Below, in pieces: positions 1 through 8,577 of a stretch of DNA of 64,000 nucleotides (its first letter is position 1; every line of letters starts with the position of its first letter). The translations under genes were made by a program, and so were the position numbers. The stretch is taken from NCBI GenBank assembly GCA_038882715.1, contig JAVZNR010000001.1, positions 14,313 through 78,312 of the forward strand, in the 5' to 3' direction. Origin of the DNA: Candidatus Bathyarchaeia archaeon. Its GTDB lineage: Archaea; Thermoproteota; Bathyarchaeia; Bathyarchaeales; DTEX01. The notes beneath the pieces were generated by a model that was not told where the DNA came from, ran no database searches, and was given only the letters and a program-made list of their open reading frames with translations.

Positions 1-113
1 CCCTCGGCAAAACGCTCATAATTAACCCCGGACCCGCTAGGCACGGCAACTACGCTATCCTACATGCCGAAAAAAATAACGTTAAAGCTGCTTTTCTCGC
101 AATAAAACCTTAA
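1..113 (+). CDS. 3' end of a calcineurin-like metallophosphoesterase (partial, runs off window start)
   Basis: Manual translation from nt 3: LGKTLIINPGPARHGNYAILHAEKNNVKAAFLAIKP*; the GKTLIINPG..G.YAI motif is typical of the C-terminus of this family. Confidence 0.65.
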   Translation, partial: LGKTLIINPGPARHGNYAILHAEKNNVKAAFLAIKP

Positions 114-185
114 CACTCAGATTAAGCAAAACCTTAATAAACAGGTTTATCATTGATGGTTTTAATTCTCCGCTGAGGTGTCTGC

Positions 186-911
186 TTGCCATTTGAGAAA
201 GGAGACTTCGTACTGATAGATTATGTTGCTAGGGTTGCCGAGACCGGTGAGGTCTTTGACACAACGATCGAGGAGGTTTCACGCAAAGAGGGAATTTATC
301 AGGAAGGCGCGATATATGAGCCTAAGCTCGTCGTGATAGGGGAAGGGTGGATTTTAAAGGCTCTGGAAGAAGCGCTGCTAAACCTTGATGTGGAGAAAAC
401 CGCGACAATAGAGATCCCGCCGGAAAAAGGTTTTGGAAACAGGGATCCGGAGAAAATCAAAATGTATCCATTAAGAAAATTCATAGCTCAAGGGATAACT
501 CCGAAGGTCGGCATGAAGGTTGAGGTTAACGGAAAGGTGGCTACTATACGTGCAATAGGCGCTGGAAGAGTTCAATTAGACTTCAATCCTCCATTAGCCG
601 GTAAAACCCTCATATATGAGGTCACCGTGAGAAAGAAGCTCGAAACCATCGAGGAGAAGATTAAGGCGCTGATTCATCGTAGAATCCCGCAGGTAGACAT
701 TGAAAAATTCTTGATTGAAATAGGCGAAGACTATGTCTCAATAAATATACCGGAAGAAGCATTCTACGTGGAGGGTTTACAGCTCATTAAGCGCGGGATC
801 TTTATGGACATACAAAAATTCTATCCAGATAAGAAAATTGTACGGTTCGTAGAGGTCTTTAAGAGGGAGGCGCCCTCCTCAGCAGCACCTTCCTCAGCTG
901 TAAATCCTTAG
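186..911 (+). CDS. FKBP-type peptidyl-prolyl cis-trans isomerase (long archaeal SlyD-like)
   Basis: GDFVLIDY..G.VFDTT, VVIGEGWILKALEEAL, DFNPPLAGKTL motifs; TTG start. Confidence 0.92.
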   Translation: MPFEKGDFVLIDYVARVAETGEVFDTTIEEVSRKEGIYQEGAIYEPKLVVIGEGWILKALEEALLNLDVEKTATIEIPPEKGFGNRDPEKIKMYPLRKFIAQGITPKVGMKVEVNGKVATIRAIGAGRVQLDFNPPLAGKTLIYEVTVRKKLETIEEKIKALIHRRIPQVDIEKFLIEIGEDYVSINIPEEAFYVEGLQLIKRGIFMDIQKFYPDKKIVRFVEVFKREAPSSAAPSSAVNP

Positions 912-1329
912 GGCACCCAATGGCCCCGTAAACCTCAACAATTTCGCAGCGATCCCCATCTTTTAAGTATTCTGGCGAACAAAACTCGTAGCTTTCGCAG
1001 CCCTGTTTATCGCATTCTTGCGAATGGAAGGTTATTAATGCGCCTACAATTGCCTGTTTAGATGGAATGGCTGCTAAAACCTCCGCTTCGACAACTTCAA
1101 CTACACGCATTTCAATATCGTAGGCTTCGCATTTTAAAACTTTGTCACGTAAACCAACAACCCTATATATTCGGCCGCACTCCAAGTTTTTAACACAAAC
1201 ATTAAGGTATCTGCATTCACGACATTTTGCGCTAAAACCTTTATGTACAAATAATTCTCCCACTCTAGCTTGGCCTACACCTACCAGAGTGATTATGGGC
1301 TTCATGCGCTTCCCGTTTTCTCCGCTCAT
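859..1329 (-). CDS. UPF0179 family protein
   Basis: ITLVG, CRECR..C, Cys-rich second half; usual neighbour of egsA; true start may be the internal Met (MKPIITLVG). Confidence 0.8.
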   Translation of the reverse strand: MSGENGKRMKPIITLVGVGQARVGELFVHKGFSAKCRECRYLNVCVKNLECGRIYRVVGLRDKVLKCEAYDIEMRVVEVVEAEVLAAIPSKQAIVGALITFHSQECDKQGCESYEFCSPEYLKDGDRCEIVEVYGAIGCPKDLQLRKVLLRRAPPS

Positions 1330-1333
1330 TTGC

Positions 1334-2422
1334 CTAATCTATCACCCCGGTTTCTTTAGCTAAAGCCCATGCATCCTTATAATCCAGTTTTTTCTCGCTG
1401 AGAATCGTGTACCTTTCAGGTCGGATTTTAGGCGCCATCACTAGAGCCTCAACTATGTATTTTGGCTCTATGCCTATTTCCTCAGCGGTAACAGGGGCCC
1501 CAATCTTTTGCAGTGTGCGCCTAATAAGATTCCAGTCTAATCCATGTAGGGAAGCCATCATTATGGTTCCAATGCCACACTGCTCTCCGTGAAGCGCTGG
1601 CTTAGGTGCTATCAAGTCTAATGCGTGACTAAATAAGTGTTCTGATCCACTGCACGGTTTGCTGCTTCCAGCTATGCTCATAGCTATGCCGCAGCTGACG
1701 AGCGCCTCTAGAAGTATCCTTAACCCTTCCTCAGAGTTAGGTTTAATTAAGTGGGCATTCTCAACAACGTGTTTGGCGCTCATTAATGCGAGGCTAGCCG
1801 TATACTGCGCGTAATACTCTTTTATTCTCTCGTGAGCCAGCTTCCAATCGCATGTTGATGTAAACTTCGCTATAACGTCTCCACAGCCGCTCGCAATAAA
1901 TCGATAGGGCGCCTTCATTATTATCTCCGTGTCAGCTATTACCGCTATTGGAGGCTGAGCCATAACTGAGTACGGCCTATTCAGGCCTTTCAGGGAGGCG
2001 AAGGGGCTGGCTATGCCATCGTGAGAGGCCGTTGTTGGAACGCTTATGAACGGTATGCCCTGCCTAGCGGAGCTTAGCTTCGCGATGTCAATTTTCGTTC
2101 CTCCACCTACGCCGAGAACAACATGAGGCTTAAGCTTCTTTATCTTCTCCTCAGATAAATCCACGTCTCTAACCGTTGGCACGCTGGAGGATACTATATG
2201 CTCCTCAACCTTTAGCCCGCCGCTTTCGAGAATCTCTTTAACCCTCCGCCCAGCCGTTTCAAAGGTTTTCTCCCCAGCAATTATCAGAGCCTTGCCGGTG
2301 AAACCCAAATCGCCGCATATTGAGCCAATAGTCTCTAGACTCCCGCTTCCAATGATTATCTCTCTGGGCAACCTCATTCGATGAACTTTAAATTCCAATC
2401 CCATCAACCCAGAAGCTAACAT
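1334..2422 (-). CDS. egsA: NAD(P)-dependent sn-glycerol-1-phosphate dehydrogenase
   Basis: GVGGGTKIDIAK, VPTTASHDGIASP, SGSEHLFSHALD, HGEQCG motifs. Confidence 0.95.
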   Translation of the reverse strand: MLASGLMGLEFKVHRMRLPREIIIGSGSLETIGSICGDLGFTGKALIIAGEKTFETAGRRVKEILESGGLKVEEHIVSSSVPTVRDVDLSEEKIKKLKPHVVLGVGGGTKIDIAKLSSARQGIPFISVPTTASHDGIASPFASLKGLNRPYSVMAQPPIAVIADTEIIMKAPYRFIASGCGDVIAKFTSTCDWKLAHERIKEYYAQYTASLALMSAKHVVENAHLIKPNSEEGLRILLEALVSCGIAMSIAGSSKPCSGSEHLFSHALDLIAPKPALHGEQCGIGTIMMASLHGLDWNLIRRTLQKIGAPVTAEEIGIEPKYIVEALVMAPKIRPERYTILSEKKLDYKDAWALAKETGVID

Positions 2423-2631
2423 TATTTTCCGCCAAACTTCTAGAGATTCCCTTTAATATTTTTCGAACAGTTTAAATCTCAGATCATCACAATAATATTT
2501 TAAGTAAATATGCCCCTAATATAAGCGTTTAAATACGAAAGGGCTGTGATAAATTCGTTTGATTGTTAATTATTGCTCAATAATAAGTTTTAAACATGAG
2601 GAAATAAGGAAAAGAGGAAGGAGATTTAAAA

Positions 2632-4548
2632 TTGCCGTCGATTGAAAAAAGTAAGGCTGAACTGAGACAAATAATACTAGAGAATATTCCGAAGGAGGCT
2701 GAAATAACACGTATAGAGTTTGAAGGGCCAGCGCTAGCCATCTACGCGAGGAAACCTGAAATACTAATAGAGCAAGAGCATATTGTAACAAACATAGTTA
2801 ACATAATAAAGAAGAGGATAGTGCCGCGCTCAGACCCGTCTGTTAGGCTCCCTGAGAAGGAAGCTGAGAAAATAATATATGAAATAGTGCCCAAGGAGGC
2901 TGAAATAACTAACATAACCTTTGACCCCCCGCTAGGTGAAGTGATAATAGAGGCTAAGAAGCCCGGCCTCGTTATAGGTAAGAACGGGTCAACCCTTCAG
3001 GAGATAATACTTAGAACTAAATGGAGACCGCGCACCGTGAGGAGACCGCCGAAACAATCAAAGATAATGATGCATTTACAGCACTTATTGTACGCTAGCA
3101 GTAAAGAGCGGGAAAGAATTCTCCGCAATGTTGGCGAGAGAATATTTAGACCCATGCTATATGAGGTGGGCGACGTCAGGATAACTATGCTTGGCTCAGC
3201 TAGGGAGGTTGGCCGCTCAGCTATCCTCGTCCAAACCAGGGAGAGCCAAATCCTGCTGGATTGCGGAATAAATCCCGGGTCAACAAAGCCTTTTGAAGCG
3301 TTCCCGAGACTGGATGCGCCGCAGTTCGATATTGAGTCTTTAGATGCTGTTGTGATAAGCCACGCTCACCTAGACCATTGTGGCTTCTTACCTTACCTGT
3401 TTAAGTACGGTTATGATGGGCCGGTTTACTGCTCGGTTCCAAATGTAGGTTTAATGACGTTGCTGCAGCTCGATTACCTAGATGTCTTATCTAGGCAGGG
3501 GGCTCCGCTCCCATACGATCAGAAAGATGTTCGTGAAGTGGCATTACACGCTATACCGCTACGATATGGTGTTGTCACGGATATAGCGCCAGACGTGAGA
3601 TTAACTTTACATAATGCTGGGCACATACTTGGATCATCAATTGTGCATCTGCATGTCGGTGAAGGCTACCATAACATAGTTTACACGGGGGACTTCAAGT
3701 ATGGTAGAACCATGCTCTTAGAGGCGGCTGCCACAGAGTTCCCAAGGGTTGAAACCATCATAACCGAGAATACGTATAGCGCCCCAACGGACGTTATGCC
3801 TTCTAGAGCTGAAGCGGAGAAGAACCTTGTATCGGTGATAAACAGGACGCTTGAAAGGGGTGGAAAAGCTATGATCCCTGTACCGGCGGTCGGCAGAGCT
3901 CAGGAGATAATGCTCGTCATAGACGAGTACATGAGGCGCGGTGAGCTTAAGGAGGCTCCGGTATTCATTGAAGGCATGATATCCGAGTCAACGGCGATAC
4001 ATATGGCTTACCCAGAATACCTGTCAAGGGAGGTGCGCAATAAAATAATTAACGAGGGGATAAACCCGTTCGAGTCAGAGTACTTCACAATAGTTGAGCA
4101 TCCAAGCGCTAGAAGCGAGATAATTGAGGGTGAGCCATGCATAATATTGGCAACATCGGGAATGCTTGAGGGCGGACCTATAATAGACTACTTCCAGAAC
4201 CTCGCCCACGACGAGCGGAATTCACTGATATTTGTCAGCTACCAGATCGAGGGAACATTAGGCCGAAGAATTCAGAAGGGTGCACGCGAAGTGTCCATTA
4301 TAGATCAGGATGGGAAGATCAGGGTTATAAAAGTTGGCTTAGAGACTCATACTGTAGAGGGTTTCTCTGGGCATTCCGATAGGCGGCAGATAATAAATTA
4401 CTTGCGTAGAATAGCGCCGAAACCGGAGAACATAATCATATGCCATGGAGAGAGGAGTAAATGCTTATCTCTTGTAGAGTTCCTTCGAAGAAGATACAAG
4501 GTTAATGCTATGGCGCCGGATATACTGGAAACCGTTAAGCTCAGATAG
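2632..4548 (+). CDS. fttA: beta-CASP ribonuclease aCPSF1 / transcription termination factor
   Basis: N-terminal KH domains (IEFEGP, GLVIGKNG), SHAHLDH metallo-beta-lactamase motif, GFSGHSD; 638 aa. Confidence 0.95.
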   Translation: MPSIEKSKAELRQIILENIPKEAEITRIEFEGPALAIYARKPEILIEQEHIVTNIVNIIKKRIVPRSDPSVRLPEKEAEKIIYEIVPKEAEITNITFDPPLGEVIIEAKKPGLVIGKNGSTLQEIILRTKWRPRTVRRPPKQSKIMMHLQHLLYASSKERERILRNVGERIFRPMLYEVGDVRITMLGSAREVGRSAILVQTRESQILLDCGINPGSTKPFEAFPRLDAPQFDIESLDAVVISHAHLDHCGFLPYLFKYGYDGPVYCSVPNVGLMTLLQLDYLDVLSRQGAPLPYDQKDVREVALHAIPLRYGVVTDIAPDVRLTLHNAGHILGSSIVHLHVGEGYHNIVYTGDFKYGRTMLLEAAATEFPRVETIITENTYSAPTDVMPSRAEAEKNLVSVINRTLERGGKAMIPVPAVGRAQEIMLVIDEYMRRGELKEAPVFIEGMISESTAIHMAYPEYLSREVRNKIINEGINPFESEYFTIVEHPSARSEIIEGEPCIILATSGMLEGGPIIDYFQNLAHDERNSLIFVSYQIEGTLGRRIQKGAREVSIIDQDGKIRVIKVGLETHTVEGFSGHSDRRQIINYLRRIAPKPENIIICHGERSKCLSLVEFLRRRYKVNAMAPDILETVKLR

Positions 4549-4939
4549 AAGAAGCGTCGGACGCTACCGTCCTCTCCTTCCATATACGAACGTTCTGCGG
4601 CGTTAACACTATTCTCTCCTCCCCTAACCGAGCTATATCGCCACCTATAGACTCAATGAATTCGCCTAATTCGCCAATGGCGCGCTTAACATCTTCAACG
4701 TTTTTCTCCAGCAGGGGAGTAATCTTAACTATCAATATATTTCCGGATTTAATCTCGCTCTTAATCTTCTCTAGGTCGTTGAGTGAGTGTAAGGATAACG
4801 CCTTAAGATATATTATACTTGGTTCTTTCTGAGAAGCCTCTTCGGCTTTAATCTCCCTCTCCTCTTTCTCCTCCACTTCCTCCCTCTTCTCCTTACCAAC
4901 GATTTTCTCAATCATCTTTCTCAGGTCTGATTTAGCCAA
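4541..4939 (-). CDS. sepF: Archaeal cell division protein SepF
   Basis: IKSEIKSGNILIV, GGDIARLGEERIVLTP..VRIW motif. Confidence 0.85.
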   Translation of the reverse strand: MAKSDLRKMIEKIVGKEKREEVEEKEEREIKAEEASQKEPSIIYLKALSLHSLNDLEKIKSEIKSGNILIVKITPLLEKNVEDVKRAIGELGEFIESIGGDIARLGEERIVLTPQNVRIWKERTVASDASSI

Positions 4940-4995
4940 AACTATCCCCTCAAGGATTAGCAGGATAACCTAGCTAAAAATCCACCTTTTAAGTC

Positions 4996-5511
4996 TTAAC
5001 TCTTTCGTTTCTGAAAAATATCCATTATCACCCTCCAAGCGGTATCCCCAACATAATGCAAATTCTTCAAAACTTTCCCACTCTCAACTGTTTTCAAACT
5101 CCTTGAGTCTAGCAGGGCTCTGGTCACAGCTATCACCCTACCGTGCTTTTCATCCAGAACTAGCACCAGATCACCCTCTCTAAATTCTCCCTCAACCCTA
5201 ACTATGCCCGGCGCCATTACATCAGCGCCATTGCATATGTGGGGGACAGCGCCCATGTCAACGACAACCTTCGGAAGCCGGTGAATTAAATCCTCGAAAA
5301 CTAAAGTTGGTATAAACATGCCCTTAGATTCCAATAAAAGTGGCTTACTGTTAACTGCAAAGATTTTACCTTCGGATACCTCTATAACTTCAACCTTAGG
5401 CTTAGACCCGAAAAGGCTCTCGTGATTGATGCCGAATTTTCCAGAGACCTCTCTTAAAAACTCTTTTCTCTCGCTTTCCCTTAAAAGGTATCTGCGCTTA
5501 ACGTGGCTCAT
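4996..5511 (-). CDS. PUA-domain RNA-binding protein (DUF1947 + PUA)
   Basis: VVVDMGAVPHICNGADVMAPGIV, LHYVGD motifs. Confidence 0.9.
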   Translation of the reverse strand: MSHVKRRYLLRESERKEFLREVSGKFGINHESLFGSKPKVEVIEVSEGKIFAVNSKPLLLESKGMFIPTLVFEDLIHRLPKVVVDMGAVPHICNGADVMAPGIVRVEGEFREGDLVLVLDEKHGRVIAVTRALLDSRSLKTVESGKVLKNLHYVGDTAWRVIMDIFQKRKS

Positions 5512-5607
5512 ATAATCTTAAATTTCAGCATAATACATATAAATTTGCGCTGCATCATAAGGAGATTAGTTAGGTTAACAGATTGGTAAGGCAGGGTTGT
5601 TGAGTAA

Positions 5608-5826
5608 ATGGCGACGCAAATACTTGAGGAAAGTCTTGGAAAGATTGTTCTAATAAAGCTTAGGGGCGGAAGGAGCATAAGAGGGCGGCTCCAAGGCTTC
5701 GACCAACACCTTAATTTAGTCCTTGAGAAAGCTGAGGATGTCACAGACGCTGAAAACATCAAGGAGTTAGGTCTAATAATAGTTAGAGGAGATAATGTCA
5801 TAATGATTTCACCACCCCCAAGGTGA
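5608..5826 (+). CDS. Sm-like (Lsm/SmAP1) RNA-binding protein
   Basis: GRLQGFDQHLNLVL and VRGDNV Sm1/Sm2 motifs; directly upstream of L37e as usual. Confidence 0.95.
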   Translation: MATQILEESLGKIVLIKLRGGRSIRGRLQGFDQHLNLVLEKAEDVTDAENIKELGLIIVRGDNVIMISPPPR

Positions 5827-5833
5827 AGGATGA

Positions 5834-6019
5834 ATGACGAAGGGTACGGCTTCGTTTGGGAAAAGATCTGGGAAGACGGTTCACATAAGATGTAGAAGAT
5901 GCGGCCGCAGATCATATCATGTTAGAAAGAAGAGGTGCGCTGCTTGCGGCTACCCGGATCCGAGGATAAGAAGATACTCTTGGCAGACTAAAAGCCTCCA
6001 GAGAGAACGATTAATTTAA
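5834..6019 (+). CDS. rpl37e: 50S ribosomal protein L37e
   Basis: MTKGTASFGKR..HIRCRRCG..YH..K.RCAACGYP. Confidence 0.96.
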   Translation: MTKGTASFGKRSGKTVHIRCRRCGRRSYHVRKKRCAACGYPDPRIRRYSWQTKSLQRERLI

Positions 6020-6094
6020 CATGTCTATCGCCATTGAGAGAAAAGAATTTAAATGTGTAGTCTTGAAGAATAAGGAGACTGCGAGGGCGTACAC

Positions 6095-6403
6095 TTGGTA
6101 AGAAAAGCTAGAATAAAGCTTACAAGCACGGATTACAGTAAGCTTGATGAGATATGCAGGGAACTTAAGACCATAGCTGAAAAATCAGGGGTGAAGGTTT
6201 CAGGCCCGGTTCCACTACCAACAAAAAGGCTTAAGGTGCCCGTGCTCAGAACGCCTTGCGGTGAGGGGACGAAAACATGGGATAGGTGGGAGATGCGGAT
6301 ACATAGGCGTCTAATAGATGTGGATGCCGATGACCGCGTTATGCGTAGAATTATGCGAATGAGGGTTCCGGAAGAAGTTTACATAAGCATAGAATTAATA
6401 TAG
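6095..6403 (+). CDS. rps10: 30S ribosomal protein S10 (uS10)
   Basis: KARIKL.S, GPVPLPTK, RTPCGEGTKTWDRWEMRIHRRLID. Confidence 0.96.
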   Translation: MVRKARIKLTSTDYSKLDEICRELKTIAEKSGVKVSGPVPLPTKRLKVPVLRTPCGEGTKTWDRWEMRIHRRLIDVDADDRVMRRIMRMRVPEEVYISIELI

Positions 6404-7198
6404 GATTATTAGGTTGACAGCAACCAACATTAATGATGCTAAAAACGTTACAGCCCAAAAGTACTTATTCCACCACAAAATTTTAGCCCCATCTAAAACG
6501 CCGAAAGGTATTAAGTTAAATGAAGCCACAAAAGCGTTAATTATGGAACCTTGAGCGAAAACTATCTCAAGCAGCTTGACGCTTGAAACGCTACTTAAAG
6601 CCAAGAAGACTACTGCAAGACCCACATTCACCAAAGGCCCAGACAACGATACTTTGCCAATGGTTTTTCGGGTAGCCTCACCTGAAATTATGACCGCTCC
6701 TGGGGAGACGATTTTTATCGGGGATAATATTGAGATCAAAGTTATTATTACGCCTATAAGGGATAGTCTGAATTCGGCCCATAAACCATAATATTTGGCT
6801 GTAAATTTATGCGCAAGCTCATGTGGTATGAACGCTGAGACAAGTATAAGGGCAAAGAATAATATTGACTGTAAGCTCGGGGAGCCGGCTTCATTTATCG
6901 CTATGGATAAGCCGACCAATACCACCATTAATGTGCCTAGAAAAATGTGAATTAGCTCCGTAGAACCGAACAAATTACGAAAACTTTCGAAAAACCTCGA
7001 AAAATTCCCTTTGACATGCTTTACCCTAACGCCCTCATCAAATCTCCCCCTCATAAAGTATTCAGGGGGAGAAGCGCCCCTTCTCATGCCTTGGCAAGCA
7101 TGAAACTCCGGCAACCGGTGGTCGGCGCAAAAATATCCGCCGCAGAAGGGGCATCTAAATGGGAGATCGACATTTAAGCCACAATACTGGCACTTCAA
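6395..7198 (-). CDS. AN1-type zinc finger fused to site-2 (M50) membrane metalloprotease
   Basis: N-terminal CxxC..PFRCPFCGGYFCADHRLPEFHAC; HELAH, GPLVN, FNLIPFGVLDG motifs; several TM segments. Confidence 0.88.
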   Translation of the reverse strand: MKCQYCGLNVDLPFRCPFCGGYFCADHRLPEFHACQGMRRGASPPEYFMRGRFDEGVRVKHVKGNFSRFFESFRNLFGSTELIHIFLGTLMVVLVGLSIAINEAGSPSLQSILFFALILVSAFIPHELAHKFTAKYYGLWAEFRLSLIGVIITLISILSPIKIVSPGAVIISGEATRKTIGKVSLSGPLVNVGLAVVFLALSSVSSVKLLEIVFAQGSIINAFVASFNLIPFGVLDGAKILWWNKYFWAVTFLASLMLVAVNLIILY

Positions 7199-7298
7199 CT
7201 CTGATCATCTTCCTTTTTTATCGTTAAAGATAATTGGGAAAGAAAATCATAAATCTTATTAAAGAATTATTCAAGATGAACTAGATTGATGCCGCGTA

Positions 7299-7403
7299 GC
7301 CGGGGTGGCCGAGTGGATAAGGCGCAGGCCTTGAGCACTAGGCGTCTAGAAAGCCTGTGGCCCATTATGGGCCGCATGGGTTCGAGTCCCATCCCCGGCG
7401 CCA
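7299..7403 (+). tRNA. tRNA-Ser(UGA) with 16-nt intron at 37/38 (7336-7351); CCA encoded
   Basis: Acceptor GCCGGGG/CCCCGGC, discriminator G, anticodon stem CAGGC/GCCTG around CT-TGA-G|intron|A, long variable arm GGCCCA-TTA-TGGGCC, T-arm ATGGG-TTCGAGT-CCCAT. Confidence 0.93.
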
Positions 7404-7460
7404 AACCTTTAACGTGAATCCACTATGGTGGATGGCGGCGAAGGGAATCTGGACTCTATT

Positions 7461-7811
7461 CTATACCTCGATGAGTCCCTCAGATGGTATGAAGATTTTA
7501 TACCATTTTTCCAGAATCCCCTCGGTGATCACATGTAGCTCCTCATAAATATATGGAATAAGCCCCCTCAAACCTAGCCACATAACGCAACTTATCTTCA
7601 TCTTTAATGAGAGATTGCAGACTAGGATTTAGCTTCATTAGCTCCCTTATGAGGCGTCTAAGGGAATGCGTCCTCAGGTAAGATCCTACTTTACCAGCAA
7701 TTTAATACTAAAGACTGATAGATCCCATTCACCCTTCTCAAGTAAATGTTCCGCGTTTCTCAGAAAAGCCTCAGCCCTACGCCTAATAACTTCAGCTTCC
7801 TCAAAGGACGT
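7461..7811 (-). pseudogene. Decayed HEPN-MNT (nucleotidyltransferase) module
   Basis: Manual translation: (ACG in place of ATG)SFEEAEVIRRRAEAFLRNAEHLLEKGEWDLSVFS, then a frameshift, VGSYLRTHSLRRLIRELMKL..., then the MNT-like C-terminal remnant ELHVITEGILEKWYKIFIPSEGLIEV*. Confidence 0.75.
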
Positions 7812-7930
7812 CTTTAACCACCACGCATATCGCATCCTAAGACTAAGAGATACTTCAAAAGCGTGTCCATCTAGATGTCTCTAATTAATGGCGGCGTTTC
7901 AAAGCGATCCTCTGTATTCTGTTAAACCTT

Positions 7931-8554
7931 TTACCACCACATTTTCTTGAGGGGCATTGCTAATATCTCTCTGATTTCAAGCCTCTTGGATTTGTCTCTG
8001 CTAAACATGTCGCTGGTCTTGCAGGCTCTGACCACTATGGCTGTATCTGAGCCCCTGCCTGTACCAGCAACGGCTATAACATCTTCCCCGGGGTTTAATG
8101 CGCCTAAATCCGAGGCTATTAAAACTATTTCCACGCAGACCTTGAAGCCTTGCCCCAACGTGTAGAAGCTATTTCTAACAGCGTCCATTCCACGCGCATG
8201 TAGAGGTAGATGAGTTTTATCTAACGGTTTACCGCCAAGCCTTGAGATCTCCTCCCTATATTCCCGCCTCATTTCCTCATGGGAGACAACTACAACGTTG
8301 CATAATCCTTTAAGGGCTTTCGTAAACTTAACCCCTGTCTCTCCGGACGTGCTCGCAACAACAACGGTTTTAATGTCGCCCTCTCTAACCCTCCTATGAA
8401 CGCAGTCTAGAACAGCGTCGGTGTTCTCCGGCCCCGGCTCCCTAAAATACGTGATCTGTTTTACCACGCTCATAGAGATACGTTGATTCTCCGGCCTTAA
8501 AAAGATTTTTCCCCATGCATGTTCTTTAAAGCCTTTTATGCGCGTCTGCAGCAT
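7931..8554 (-). CDS. Pyruvate kinase C-terminal-like domain protein (MTH1675-like); likely start 8473
   Basis: ITYF.EPGPENT, VVVASTSGETG, GQGFKVCVEIVLIASD.G, AVAGTGRGSDTAIV motifs. Confidence 0.8.
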   Translation of the reverse strand: MLQTRIKGFKEHAWGKIFLRPENQRISMSVVKQITYFREPGPENTDAVLDCVHRRVREGDIKTVVVASTSGETGVKFTKALKGLCNVVVVSHEEMRREYREEISRLGGKPLDKTHLPLHARGMDAVRNSFYTLGQGFKVCVEIVLIASDLGALNPGEDVIAVAGTGRGSDTAIVVRACKTSDMFSRDKSKRLEIREILAMPLKKMWW

Positions 8555-8577
8555 CTTATATTTGGTGAGAACCTTTT

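Noticed and set aside
859-911. 53-bp tail-to-tail overlap and short PSSAA repeat between the FKBP and UPF0179 genes
   Set aside because: Convergent overlaps are common in compact archaeal genomes; the repeat is only two imperfect 15-bp units.
7418-7433. Hairpin ATCCAC-TATG-GTGGAT after tRNA-Ser as an att or mobile-element end
   Set aside because: Only a 6-bp stem, and no duplicate of the tRNA-Ser 3' end was seen elsewhere in the window.
7357-7884. ORFs 7357-7548 and 7666-7884 on +
   Set aside because: The first overlaps the tRNA; both are antisense to the HEPN-MNT relic.
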